Shown: positions 29,341 through 42,446 of the stretch, one piece after another
Layout of the letters: each line of letters opens with the position of its first letter
How positions within the stretch are numbered: position 1 is the first letter of the stretch
DNA from: Vicinamibacteria bacterium
Lineage (GTDB): Bacteria; Acidobacteriota; Vicinamibacteria; Marinacidobacterales; Marinacidobacteraceae
DNA length: 64,000 nt
Assembly (NCBI GenBank): GCA_963668695.2
Contig: CAXXLQ010000004.1
Coordinates: 512,001-576,000, forward strand
Direction of reading: 5' to 3'
Made by a program: the position numbers and the translations under genes
The notes under the pieces: model-generated
The model's input: only the letters and a program-made list of their open reading frames with translations
Told to the model about the DNA's origin: nothing
The model's database searches: none

Positions 29341-29720
29341 GACCACATCTCCACTCGGGTCAATGCCCTCCAAGCTTGATGCTTGCCCTCCGGCAGCAAC
29401 CTTGTCAAGGGCATGATCCAGAACGCAGACTTGACGGCCCGACGCTAGCACTATAACCCATTGATAATCGGCAATATTAGGGGCACACACCGGCACCTAT
29501 CGGAACGGGGTGGAACGTGGAGATTGCCGACCAGAGGTCTATACCTTTCCGGGCATCACATTTTCATGGGGCAGACACCTTGCGAACGAATGGCGCCGGA
29601 CGGGGTGCGTTGGGGCGCGGCAGGTAGCCGGGAGGCGGTGTCAAGAGGAGGAAGGCGGCGAAGGTTCCGGCGTTCCAAGCCGTCCCCGCGCTTCTTCGCG
29701 GTCGGCGATTCGCGCTCTCG

Positions 29721-29766
29721 CGGCCCTGCGGGCCGCGCGGTGCCGGCCTGAAGACCGGCGTTCCCT
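29721..29766 (-). repeat. REP-like family B, reverse orientation
   Basis: TGCCGGCCTGAAGACCGGCGTTCCC. Related degenerate copies at 14104-14130 and 25344-25390. Confidence 0.65.
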
Positions 29767-29842
29767 CGCCCTCGCGCCACCCTTCTGACCGGGGGTCGGC
29801 GTTCCCTCGCCGGCCCCCGCGCTCTGTTGGTGAAACCCTGGC

Positions 29843-30613
29843 TCAGGCGACTCCGGGCTCCACGCGGACGCCCATCAGGCGGCCGGTGTGGCCCACCGCC
29901 GCTCCGGCGGCCGTGATCCCCCAGAAGTAGCCCGGGATGGCGCCGACCAGGCACAGGATGAGGGTCAAGTCCGAAACGATCGCGAACAGGATCAGAGTCA
30001 GCAGCATCACGACGTAGGTGCCGAAACTGGCGCGAATCCAAGCGATGTTCTCGTCCAACCGGAAGGCGGCGCTGAAACGGCCCGTCGCCGCCAGTTGCAT
30101 GATGCCCGCCGGGATCAGCGCCTTGGCGACCAGTGCCGCGAACACGAGGAAGATCACGGAGGCGATGCTGCCCAGGACCGAAGTCACGACCACCGCGGGA
30201 GAACCCATGGACTGCCCGATCACCGCCCAGAGAATCCCGATCCCCACGAGAACCGCGCCCATGGCAACAGCCGCGAGCGAATATCCCAGGACAACCCCCA
30301 GCGCCCTGAGGCCGTCGACCAGCAGGCCGCCGAAATCATCCCAATCGGGCATCGGGTGCTCGTCACCCCGCAGCGTTCCCCGCGCCGTCCGCACCCCGAA
30401 GCCGAGCAGCGCCAGCAGGCCGAGACCCAGCAGGGGGATGAGCAGGACCATGAGGCTGCCGATCATGAACTTCGACAGCGCCTTCGGATCCCGGAAGGCA
30501 AAACCGAACAGGTGGCCGATGTCGAATCGCTCGGGCGCGGGGGGAGTCGGCGGTAGAGGTGGCGGCGGCGCCTGCTGCTCGCCGGTAGTCGGAACTGGTT
30601 GGTCTTCGGTCAT
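29843..30613 (-). CDS. DUF4013 domain membrane protein (paralog 3)
   Basis: FAFRDP..KF.IG, MPDWDDFGGLLVDG and multiple TM segments. Confidence 0.85.
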   Translation of the reverse strand: MTEDQPVPTTGEQQAPPPPLPPTPPAPERFDIGHLFGFAFRDPKALSKFMIGSLMVLLIPLLGLGLLALLGFGVRTARGTLRGDEHPMPDWDDFGGLLVDGLRALGVVLGYSLAAVAMGAVLVGIGILWAVIGQSMGSPAVVVTSVLGSIASVIFLVFAALVAKALIPAGIMQLAATGRFSAAFRLDENIAWIRASFGTYVVMLLTLILFAIVSDLTLILCLVGAIPGYFWGITAAGAAVGHTGRLMGVRVEPGVA

Positions 30614-30720
30614 CGTTTTCCTTCCGGGGACGCCGGGTTCGTTTCCGTTCCCCGAAACAAGCTAACGAAGACAGATCGCGAAAGTTCTTGCCGGCGTGAG
30701 CGTTGGGTCGGCGCAGCCAG

Positions 30721-31346
30721 ACTGCCCGTGGCGAACGACACCAGCGTCGGCCGGCGGCGCGGAGCGCCGCAGGGGTGGGGTGCGGGGAGGGGTTCCCCTC
30801 CCCGCGGAAAAGGATGGCGGGAATCGCACAGCGATTCCCGTCATCACCCCGTGGGGAAAGCACCCCGCATTCAGAGAGTCTCGCAGAGCCAACTCTCCTC
30901 GTGGCGGAGGGAGGATGCGGGGTGCATTCTCTACGGGCTGCTAGCAGCCTGTGGTGAAACCCGGGTGAGCGCCGAGGTTGGCCAGTTCTCCCGGTGGGGG
31001 CGAGGCGCCCGGCTGACAAGGCGCGTGAGGGAGGAATACCTGGTGTATTTCGACCGAAACGCAACGATGAGCGGCGCGAAGCGACGCGGTCAACAGCCGG
31101 TGGTGGAACCCGGGTGAGCGCCGAGGTCGGCCAGTTCTCCCGGTGGGGGCGAGGCGCCCGGCTGACAAGGCGCGTGAGGGAGGAATACCGGGTGTATTTC
31201 GACCGAAGCGCAACGATGAGCGGCGCGCAGCGACGCGGTCAGCCGGGATGAATCGCCGGCCGAACGCCGCGTGGGTTTCATCACCGGCTGTTTGGCCGGG
31301 ATGGATCGCCGGCCGAACGCCGCGTGGGTTTTGCCACGGGCTGCTA
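30721..31346 (+). mobile_element. Composite repeat cluster: family C element followed by two tandem MITE A copies and an extra right end
   Basis: CTAG junction at 30941-30944, MITE cores at 30942-31090 and 31092-31290, and a final CCACGGGCTGC-TA that supplies the DUF4013 stop. Confidence 0.8.
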
Positions 31347-32027
31347 GATACCCATCGAGCGGGCGGCGCGCCCGACAGCCACTCCCGAGGCGGCGTAACC
31401 CCAGAACAAGCCCGGAATGAGCCCGATCCCGCAGAGCGCGGAACTGGCGGTCGACAGCACCTCGATCAGAATCACGATCAGGAGAAAAACAACGTAGGTG
31501 CCGAGGTGGGCCTGGATCAGGCGGAGGTTTTCCTGGACGTCGAACGCGGACCGGATCTCGCCGCTCGCGACCATCTGCGCCAGAGCAACCGGCAAGAGGG
31601 CGAAGGCGAGCAAACTGAGAAGAAGCGTCAAGGGACCGAGCACCACGTTCGCGAGCCCTCCCAGCACCGGGATGAGGCCGAGAATCGCGGTGACGACGGT
31701 CAGGGCGAACACCGGCAGGAGATAGCCGAGAACCACGCCGAACACGCGAAGCCCGTCACCCAGTAGCTGGCCGAGATCTCCCCACTCCGGCATCGGGTGC
31801 TCTTCGCCTCGCCGGGCGCGTTCCGCCGTCTGGAACAGGTAGCCCGCCAAGGCGAGCAACCCGAGTCCGAAGAACAAAATCCCGACAACCGCGAGGCAGC
31901 CGCCGAGAAACTTCGGCAAGGCCCGCGGATCGCGGAAGGGAGCGCCGAGAATGTCGCCGAGTTGGAGGGTTCCGGACGCGGCGGCGCTGCCGTTCGGGGT
32001 GGGCTGTTCTTCGGTCATGCTGTTCAC
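31344..32027 (-). CDS. DUF4013 domain membrane protein (paralog 2)
   Basis: PFRDP, MPEWGDLGQLLGDG and FWGYAASG. Confidence 0.85.
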   Translation of the reverse strand: MNSMTEEQPTPNGSAAASGTLQLGDILGAPFRDPRALPKFLGGCLAVVGILFFGLGLLALAGYLFQTAERARRGEEHPMPEWGDLGQLLGDGLRVFGVVLGYLLPVFALTVVTAILGLIPVLGGLANVVLGPLTLLLSLLAFALLPVALAQMVASGEIRSAFDVQENLRLIQAHLGTYVVFLLIVILIEVLSTASSALCGIGLIPGLFWGYAASGVAVGRAARSMGI

Positions 32028-32039
32028 CTGTAACGGCGA

Positions 32040-32876
32040 TCAGTCCGCCGCGGTTTCCACCTCGACGCCCATGATGCGGCCGGCCTGGCCGATCGCGGCG
32101 CCGGAAGCCGTGAAACCCCAGAAGAGGCCGGGCACCAGGCCCACCAGGAAGAGCGACACGGTGGCGCCGACGAGGATGCCGAACAGGACGAGGATCAGCA
32201 GGAGCAGGATGTAGGTCCCCGGGTGGACGCGGATCCGTCGCAGACTGTTGACCCAACCAAGCGCCGGCCGGATCCGGTCGGTGGCGGCCAGTTGCATCAA
32301 CCCCGCAGGAAGCAGCGCTTTGACAAAGCCGGCCAGCAGCACCACGAACCAACCGGTGACCACCAGACCGAAGACGGCGGCCGCCCCGATGAGGCCAGCT
32401 CCCGCGACCGGGACGGCAACCAGCTCGGGAAGGATTTCGCCAAAGACATCGGGGCCCACCCCGATCTCCGTCACGGCGCCGACGACCCCGGCCAACACCC
32501 CGCCGGCAATCCCGACCGCGATCATCCCGATCAGGAAACTGACCAGGAACAGCGCGCCCCCCACGACGGCCACCACGGCCCCATAGAGGAGGGCGACTAC
32601 CACCGCCCGCAGACCGTCGGCGAGCTGGCTGGCCCAGGCGTTCCAGCCGGGCATCGGGTGTTCGTCGCCGCGGAGCGCGCCCCGCGCCGTCTGGACGGCA
32701 AACCCGAGCAGCAGCAGCAGCCCGAGCCCGAAGACCGGGATCAGCAGAACCGCGAGGCAACCGATCCCCCACTTGCGGAACGCCATGGGATCGCGGAAGG
32801 CGAACCCGAACAGGGAGCCGAGATCGAGACGCCCCCCGGGCGTCTCGACAGGAAGGGTTGCGTCTTCGTTCGTCAT
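32040..32876 (-). CDS. DUF4013 domain membrane protein (paralog 1)
   Basis: [13 protein letters not shown] and FWGFTASG. Confidence 0.85.
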   Translation of the reverse strand: MTNEDATLPVETPGGRLDLGSLFGFAFRDPMAFRKWGIGCLAVLLIPVFGLGLLLLLGFAVQTARGALRGDEHPMPGWNAWASQLADGLRAVVVALLYGAVVAVVGGALFLVSFLIGMIAVGIAGGVLAGVVGAVTEIGVGPDVFGEILPELVAVPVAGAGLIGAAAVFGLVVTGWFVVLLAGFVKALLPAGLMQLAATDRIRPALGWVNSLRRIRVHPGTYILLLLILVLFGILVGATVSLFLVGLVPGLFWGFTASGAAIGQAGRIMGVEVETAAD

Positions 32877-32924
32877 GGTGTTGCGAGACCTCCGCGAGGC
32901 TATCCTTTAGCGCCTTTCGCGCCG

Positions 32925-35639
<2,715 letters not shown>

Positions 35640-36620
35640 TCAGCGGGCCGAAGTCGGCGTTTCTCCAGCGAGGATCCGCCGGAACACGCCCATTTCGATA
35701 TTCCCGCCGGAGACGACGCAGACGATCCGGCGCTTTCGGCCTTCCTCGCCCGAACGTCGCGGCACCCGGTCGGCGAGCGCCACCGCCACCGGGCTGGCGC
35801 CCGCGCCTTCGGCCACGATGCGGCTGCGGCCCGCGAGGATACGGACTGCCTCGGCGATCTCGTCGGGAGAGGCGAGCAGCGGCTCGTCGAGGAGCTCCTG
35901 GACCAGCGGCCACATCGGGTCCAGCACCGTGTTCCCGCCGATCCCGTCCACGAAGCTGGGCTGGGTATCGATCCACTGGGGAGCCCCATGGCGGACGGCG
36001 GCGGCGACCTTGGCCGAGGTGGTGACTTCCACCGGGTGGACCCGCGCCGGCGAGCCCTTCTGCCGGAGGGCGCTCGAAATGCCGCAACTCAGTCCCCCGC
36101 CCCCGAAGGGCACCAGGACGGCGTCCACGTTCGGCAGATCTTCGAGGATCTCCAGTCCGGCGGTGCCGTTGCCGGCCATCACCGGATCCCCTTCCACCGG
36201 GTGGACGAAGCGGGCGTCGGACCCCGGGTGGGTGTGGGTGACGATCGCCTTCCACCACTCGGCGAACGGCTCCACCACGATCTCCGCCCCCAGGGCGGCG
36301 ATGGCCTGACGTTTGTTTTCGGGCGAGGTCTCGGGAACCACCACGGTGCAGGGAACGCCCCGCTCCCGCGCCATGAAGGCAGCCGCCTGGGCCCAGTTCC
36401 CGGCGCTCGCGGTCACAACCCCGCGCGAGAGTTCCGCGTCGTCAAAGGACGCGAAGAGGTTGGCGGCAGCGCGGATCTTGAAGCAGGCGAAGGGCTGGAG
36501 GTTCTCCAGCTTCAGCCAGATCTCGTCCGGGCCGTCCACCGGCAGCCGGACCAGCGGCGTCCGGACCGCGTAGGGGGCGATCCGCGCGCGGGCCGCCTCG
36601 ATTTGTTCCAGGGGGATCAT
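35640..36620 (-). CDS. PLP-dependent threonine/serine dehydratase family enzyme
   Basis: KLENLQ...FKIR, SAGN, PFGGGGL and SGGN. Confidence 0.9.
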   Translation of the reverse strand: MIPLEQIEAARARIAPYAVRTPLVRLPVDGPDEIWLKLENLQPFACFKIRAAANLFASFDDAELSRGVVTASAGNWAQAAAFMARERGVPCTVVVPETSPENKRQAIAALGAEIVVEPFAEWWKAIVTHTHPGSDARFVHPVEGDPVMAGNGTAGLEILEDLPNVDAVLVPFGGGGLSCGISSALRQKGSPARVHPVEVTTSAKVAAAVRHGAPQWIDTQPSFVDGIGGNTVLDPMWPLVQELLDEPLLASPDEIAEAVRILAGRSRIVAEGAGASPVAVALADRVPRRSGEEGRKRRIVCVVSGGNIEMGVFRRILAGETPTSAR

Positions 36621-36795
36621 GGGCGCGGGAGTCTAAGCGGGAGCCTCAATCTGATGGCAAGCACCCGCGTTACGGGGTACGGGGCTCCTCCAGTCTGCCC
36701 CAGACGGCACAAGGCACGCCGACCGACGAACCGGAATAGGGAGTACCCACTCCCGGCATCCCAAGCAATCAGGGCACCCAGGCCCGCGTGCTCGC

Positions 36796-37016
36796 TAGCA
36801 GCCTGTGGTGGAACCCGGGTGAGCGCCGAGAGCGGGGAGGCGCCCGGCTGACAAGGCGCGTGAGGGAGGAATACCGAGTGTATTTCGACCGAAACGCAAC
36901 GCAGAGCGCCGCATAGCGCCAGTTCTCCCGGTGGGGGGGCGGTTCAGGCGGGATGCATCGCCGCTCGAGCCCCCACCGGGAGAACTGGGCCGCCTGGGTT
37001 TCACCACAGGCTGCTA
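36796..37016 (+). mobile_element. MITE family A copy with two 20-bp modules
   Basis: CTAG-CAGCCTGTGG...CCACAGGCTG-CTAG. Confidence 0.88.
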
Positions 37017-37033
37017 GAGGACGGACTCGCGAA

Positions 37034-37402
37034 TCATCCGTCCGTTTCTTCCTTCGGGTGGCCACGCAGAGCGACGGTGATGGGTGCGCCTACGCCGAAC
37101 GCCGCGATGGAGATCGCCAGGACCGTGCTTCCCGTCGGGTAGCGTGCCCCGATCGCCGCGCCGAAACCCACAACTGCCAGAACAAAGGCGAGGATCTGCC
37201 CCAGGCGCACCTGGCTGGCGTACGTGCGAGCCGCACGTTCCTCCATCCCATGGCGGTGATCCCGGCGGGCTGCGGCGTCCTTCAGGATTTCTCCCGGGAG
37301 ATTCCCGTCAATTGCTTGGTACGCCTGCATCTCGGAGGCGGAGGGAAGTGGTCCACTGATCTGTACCCGTTGCAGAAACCTGACCGCCGCCCCTTCAACC
37401 AC
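37034..37402 (-). CDS. DUF2335-like membrane protein
   Basis: SGPLP....Y..I..., HRH.ME and GQ..AF followed by two TM helices; start uncertain. Confidence 0.7.
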   Translation of the reverse strand: MVEGAAVRFLQRVQISGPLPSASEMQAYQAIDGNLPGEILKDAAARRDHRHGMEERAARTYASQVRLGQILAFVLAVVGFGAAIGARYPTGSTVLAISIAAFGVGAPITVALRGHPKEETDG

Positions 37403-37531
37403 TGCCGGATCGAGCGATCCGTCAGCCGATGATGTTGCGGCGAGCGGCGAGTCCTCCGACCCGTTTCCGTTGGGCCGATCTTCAGCTTGGCGTGACGACG
37501 ACTCGGTTGGTTTCGCCGCCGAAAACGTCGT

Positions 37532-37786
37532 TCACTGCGTCGATCTGGAGCGATCGGCTTCCGTCATCGCATCACGCAAATCACCGCCCAACGCAGCCCA
37601 ATCGGCCCACATACCTTCACCCTCGGAAAGCCAGGTTCTCCTTATCCGCGGTCGCGGATCGAACGCGGATGCAAATCCGATAAGGCACGCATTTCCTCTT
37701 GAATGGTGCCGCGGAAGCAGCCTCGCGATCGCCGCCAAAAGAGCGGCTTCCGCCCGGCGCCGAGAGTCATCCCTGACGTCGTCCAT
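37532..37786 (-). CDS. Small hypothetical protein upstream of the DUF2335-like gene
   Basis: ATG with AGGA SD, a DW..LG.DL..AM motif, and a TAGAAT -10 at 37854-37859. Confidence 0.6.
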   Translation of the reverse strand: MDDVRDDSRRRAEAALLAAIARLLPRHHSRGNACLIGFASAFDPRPRIRRTWLSEGEGMWADWAALGGDLRDAMTEADRSRSTQ

Positions 37787-37902
37787 TTGGTTTCCTGCTA
37801 GCGCTCATCCGGGACTTTCCTGCCTCACAGCAACTTTTCCTTGAGCATCGGCCATTCTACGCTTGAACTGCTAAAGCCAAGCGTGGTGCGGGAATGACGC
37901 GG

Positions 37903-38670
37903 CTATGAAGCCTGTCGGGAGTACACGATCCGGATTCCCTCCAGCGTCAGGCGCTCGTTCACGAGGTCCACGACCCCGGTCCAGTCGGCCACCTGCTGGG
38001 CGAGCCCGCCGGTGGCGATCACCGTGTAGTTCCCGCCGAGTTCTTCCTTTAGCAGCCGGACCATCTCGCGCACCATTCCGGTCCAACCGAGGACGAGCCC
38101 CGACTGCATGGCGGCGACGGTGTGCGTCCCGACGACGCGCTTCGGCGGCCGGAGTTCCACTCGGGGCAGGCGGGCCGTCCGCCGGACCAGTGCTTCGGCG
38201 GAAACTCCGAGTCCGAGCGCGATGGCCCCGCCCCGATATTCCCCCTCCTCGGACACCACATCGAAGGTGAGCGCGGTACCCGCGTCCAGCACGATGGCGG
38301 CGACTCCGTAGAGGTGATGGACGGCCACCGTATTCGCGATCCGGTCCGGGCCGGTCTCCTCGGGGGTGTCCACCGCCAGGCGAATCCCGCGGGCGGTCTT
38401 GTGGTTCAGCACGAAGAGCGGGCTCCCGAAATAACGCTCGGCCAGGGTGCGCAGGACTTCGGTCGCCGAGGGAACCACGCTCGCCGCCGCGAGCCCGCCA
38501 ATGTCCGCCCGCGAAACGCCGGCTCCGGCAAGCAGGCTGTCGAGCAGCGGCGCCATCTCGTCGGCCAGCCGCTCGGCCTGGGTGGAAATCCGCCAGTCGC
38601 AGACCCAGCGTTCGCCGTCGTGGAGGCCGATGGCGGTCTTGGTGTTGCCGACGTCGAAGACGAGGAGCAT
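37903..38670 (-). CDS. coaX: Type III pantothenate kinase
   Basis: DVGNT, SVVP, GPDR, DAGTA.TFD, GGAI and ATGG. Confidence 0.95.
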   Translation of the reverse strand: MLLVFDVGNTKTAIGLHDGERWVCDWRISTQAERLADEMAPLLDSLLAGAGVSRADIGGLAAASVVPSATEVLRTLAERYFGSPLFVLNHKTARGIRLAVDTPEETGPDRIANTVAVHHLYGVAAIVLDAGTALTFDVVSEEGEYRGGAIALGLGVSAEALVRRTARLPRVELRPPKRVVGTHTVAAMQSGLVLGWTGMVREMVRLLKEELGGNYTVIATGGLAQQVADWTGVVDLVNERLTLEGIRIVYSRQAS

Positions 38671-38698
38671 GGTTAGTCGCTGAATGCTACGGGAATGG

Positions 38699-39667
38699 TT
38701 ATCCCGTGTCCGACCCCGTCTTCGGGTCGCCGGAGGGGTGGCGCGCGGCGGTCGCGCGCCAGATCCCCGCCAGCACACTGCCGATGAGCGAATGGAAGAG
38801 GCTCGAAATGGCGCTTGGCACCGCAACCAGGGGGCTCGTGAAGTTCTGGCCGGCAAGGACTACCCCGAGCCCGGAGTTCTGCATGCCGACTTCGATCGAG
38901 ACCGTGCGCGCCGTCGCGACCCGGCGCGAAACGAGCCGGGTGAGCGCATAGCCGAAGAAGAACCCTCCCGCGTGGAGCAGGAACACCGCCACGATCAGCA
39001 GGTCGCCCGACTCGAGGATGATCGCCCGGCTGGAGCCGATGATGGAGGCCACGATCAGCGTGATCAGCACCACGGAGGTAAAGGGACCATAGGGGAGGAG
39101 TACCCGGGCGACGCCCCGGGCGTAGCGTCTCAGGAAGAGACCCGCCGCGATGGGAAAGATGACCACCTGAACCGTGCTGAGAAGCAGTCCGGCGGCCGGG
39201 ACGTCAATCCGGCTGCTCGCGAGCATGGAGGTCATCGCCGGCGTCATCAGCACCGACAGACTCGTCGAGACCGCCGTCATGGAGACGGAGAGCGGCACGT
39301 CGGCCAGGGCGAGATAGGAAATGACGTTCGAGGCCACCCCGCCGGGGCAACAGGAAACAAGGATCAGACCCACCGCGAACTCACGCGGGAGATCGAGCGC
39401 CCAGGCCACCGTCCAGCCCATCAGCGGCATCACCAGGTACTGAAGCACCACTCCGAGCCCGATGGGCGCCGGCCGCCGCAGAACGCGCCGGAAGTCGTCC
39501 ACTTCCAGCGTCAGCCCCATCCCCAACATGATGAGGCCCAATCCGACGGTGATCAGGTCGCCGCTGAACCAGGTGAAGACCTCCGGCCGCCAGAGCGCCA
39601 GCAGACTGGCGAGCAGAACCCAGACCGGAAACGCGAAGGTCCCAATCCGGAGGGCCCGGTGGAGCAC
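38699..39667 (-). CDS. Bile acid:sodium symporter (BASS) family transporter
   Basis: MLGMGLTL, CPGGVASN and SIEVGMQNSGL. Confidence 0.93.
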   Translation of the reverse strand: MLHRALRIGTFAFPVWVLLASLLALWRPEVFTWFSGDLITVGLGLIMLGMGLTLEVDDFRRVLRRPAPIGLGVVLQYLVMPLMGWTVAWALDLPREFAVGLILVSCCPGGVASNVISYLALADVPLSVSMTAVSTSLSVLMTPAMTSMLASSRIDVPAAGLLLSTVQVVIFPIAAGLFLRRYARGVARVLLPYGPFTSVVLITLIVASIIGSSRAIILESGDLLIVAVFLLHAGGFFFGYALTRLVSRRVATARTVSIEVGMQNSGLGVVLAGQNFTSPLVAVPSAISSLFHSLIGSVLAGIWRATAARHPSGDPKTGSDTG

Positions 39668-39757
39668 CGGGTGAGCTTAGTGGGGGGAAGAGCCGGGTTG
39701 AGTGCTGCGTCAGCCCCCCCGCGCTCGCGCGCCAGGAGCCGCTCGCCGGGGCTCTGT

Positions 39758-40891
39758 CTACCTGCGCCGTCTGGCCGTGAGGGTCAGCGACGGGCGGTCG
39801 CCGCCGGCGTGGACGAAATCCAGGACAAGGCGGCCTTCGGCGTCCCGGTGGGGTAGCGCCGGCTGGTCCAGCGAGGTGAGGTCCCAGCCCGGCGGCAGCA
39901 CGATCCGCGTCCGGGGACGGGCCAGGAAACGGAGCAGCCGGAGGTCCCCGTCCTCGAGCAGTTCAAGACCCGGATTGATCGCGGTCTGGTAAAGCCGGAC
40001 GCGCGCGCTCCCGCCCTCCGGAACCGGGTAGCCCAAATCGGCCACCAGGACCTTCACATCGGCGGGGAGGGGCGCCGGGGCATGGGGGATCGCGGCGGCC
40101 TCCTCCGCGGACACGATTCGGGTCGGCAGCTCGACCCCGCGGTCCACGTCGAGGGTCACGGGGTCGAGGATCTCGTCGGTGGGAATCAGCACCGAGAACA
40201 CCTGAGCCTGACCCGGGGTGTCCAGGAGCAGTTCCAGCGCGAGGCGCAGCCGGTGTTCGGCGGGATCCTCGAGCCAGTAGACGATGTTCTTCTCGTCTTC
40301 CGCCCGGAAGTCACCCTCGCCGGGGCGGACTGCTCCCGGGTCTCCGGGTTCGAATTCGAGCCGGACCGGGAGGGGCTCCGGACCCGGGTTCAGGATGCCC
40401 ACTTTGAGCCGTCCGTCCTCCACGGCGGTCTGCACGGGAAGCGTCGAACTCCCGAGAACGGTTCCCGGAGGCAGCACCACCGTGATCCGCCCCGGAGGCA
40501 CCGCGTGCTCGAAGATCAGTCCATCGGAATGCGGTCGCACGTAATGGGCCCGGTCTGCCGCCTCCTCGATGCGAAGACGCCGCTCCGCTCGTGCCCGAAG
40601 CGTCGTCCCGAGTGAAATCCGGAGCCCGTCGCCGGTTGGCGCGGAGGAGAGGGTGGATCCGGACGCCCGGTCGAGGGCGACGGCCCGTCCCGCATCGCTC
40701 CCGTGGGAGAGGGCGAACAGGTGCTCGCTGGTTCCGGCCCCCTCGACGATCCGATCCGAAACGATGCGGATTTCGGCTCCCGCCCCGATCTCGTAGCGCG
40801 TCGCGAGCGCCAGGATGCGGAAGGTGTCCGGTGGCTCGGCGGCGGCGGCAAAGGAACCCCACACCAGCGAAACGGCCAAGATTCTCTTCAT
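39758..40891 (-). CDS. Exported hypothetical protein with an internally duplicated domain
   Basis: ATG 40891 MKRILAV signal peptide. The halves share VVLPPG...P...EDGRL and IVLPPG...P...EGRL. Confidence 0.7.
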   Translation of the reverse strand: MKRILAVSLVWGSFAAAAEPPDTFRILALATRYEIGAGAEIRIVSDRIVEGAGTSEHLFALSHGSDAGRAVALDRASGSTLSSAPTGDGLRISLGTTLRARAERRLRIEEAADRAHYVRPHSDGLIFEHAVPPGRITVVLPPGTVLGSSTLPVQTAVEDGRLKVGILNPGPEPLPVRLEFEPGDPGAVRPGEGDFRAEDEKNIVYWLEDPAEHRLRLALELLLDTPGQAQVFSVLIPTDEILDPVTLDVDRGVELPTRIVSAEEAAAIPHAPAPLPADVKVLVADLGYPVPEGGSARVRLYQTAINPGLELLEDGDLRLLRFLARPRTRIVLPPGWDLTSLDQPALPHRDAEGRLVLDFVHAGGDRPSLTLTARRRR

Positions 40892-41007
40892 CGCGCCTCC
40901 GGGAGCCGAACAGGAGCCCCAAGCGCGACTAGTGTTGTGTCTCCGAGCCGCACCCGCAACTTCGCGGATCCCCGCGCGAAGCGCGGCGCAGGAAATCAGG
41001 ACCCGGA

Positions 41008-42386
41008 ATGAACACCGAAAAAGCCGACCCGGACCAACTGGAGGGCCGGATCGCCGCCTGGCGCGCCCAGGTACTGGGGCATCCGATCCGGATGGCGCCG
41101 CACTGGAAGATTTGGAGGCGTCGCTCTCCGGGCAGTTCGATGCGCTCCGGCAGACGGGCCTGGACGCCGACGAGGCATTCCTGATCGCCCTGAAGCGGGT
41201 CGGCGAACGCCATGCCCCAACCCGGGAGTTCCTGGGCGAATACGCCCGCCGGGTCCTGAACCGCGAGGAGCCGCATCCGCCGGGGGCGCCGACCGGCGGC
41301 CTCGCCGGGGCCCAGCGGCGGGAAACGCTGGTGGTCTTCGGACTCGCCGCGCTCGCGGCCGTCGCGATCAGGCTCCCGGAGCTCTTCGGCTTTCCGCTCA
41401 CGGACGGCGGCGGGGTCTATGTGCGGAACCTGAGCCTCTTCGTCTTTCCGTGTCTCGCGGGCTATTTCGGGTGGAAGCGCCGGCTCGAACCCCCGAGCGC
41501 GATCAGGGTCGGGCTGGCCTTCGTCGCGGCCGCCGTCCTGGTCAACGCCTTTCCGTTTGCCCCGGAAGGAGCGACCGAGTCGCTCGCCGCGCTGCATCTC
41601 CCGGTTGCCCTGTGGATGGCCGTCGGGGTGGCCTACGCCGGCGGGCGCTGGAACAGCACCTCGCACCGCCTGAAATTCGTGAGGTTTTCCGGCGAACTGT
41701 TCATCCACTGCGTGCTGATCGGGCTCGGCGGCGTGGTGCTCATCGGGCTGACGCTCCTCACCTTCCGCGCCATCGGGGTGGACGCCGAGTGGCTGGTGGA
41801 GGAATGGGTGCTTCCCAGCGGAGCACTCGGAGCGATCGTGGTCGCGGCCTGGCTCGCCGACACGAAAGCGAGCGTGGCCGGGAACATGGCGCCGATGCTG
41901 ACCCGCATCTTCACCCCGCTCTTCGCTGCGGTCCTGATCACCTTCCTCCTGACGATGGCCTGGGCGGGAACCGGCATCCGAATGGAGCGTGAGGTGCTCA
42001 TCGGCTTCGATCTGCTCCTCGTGGTGGTCGTCGGGCTGGTTCTCTACGCGGTGGCGGCACGGAACCCCGCCGCCCCGCCCGGCGTCTTCGATGGCCTTCA
42101 GCTCGTCCTGGTGATTTCCGCGCTCGCCGCGGACGCGCTGGCGCTCGGAGCGATCGGCGCCCGGATCTCCGAGTTCGGCTTCAGCGCCAACCGGACGGCG
42201 GCGCTCGGCATCAACCTGATCCTGTTCGCCAACCTTGCCGGATCGGCCTGGCTCTACCTCCAGTTTCTCCGGAGGCGCGGTTCGGGCGCAGCGCTCGAGC
42301 GCTGGCAGACCGCCTTCCTGCCGGTGTACGCCGGTTGGGCGGCGGTAGTGGTCGCGGTGTTTCCACCGCTGTTCGGCTACCGCTAG
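41008..42386 (+). CDS. Membrane protein with an N-terminal permease-prefix-like domain; apparent 1-nt frameshift at G-run 41076-41079
   Basis: ATG 41008 MNTEKADPDQLEGRIAAWRAQVLG joins ...LEDLEASL...GLDADEAFLIALKRVG if one G is added; about 10 TM segments. Confidence 0.75.
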
Positions 42387-42446
42387 CAGCCGGTGGCAGC
42401 ACGGCCAATGAGAACCTCGTCCCCGCCGCGATCGCCCGGATCACCG

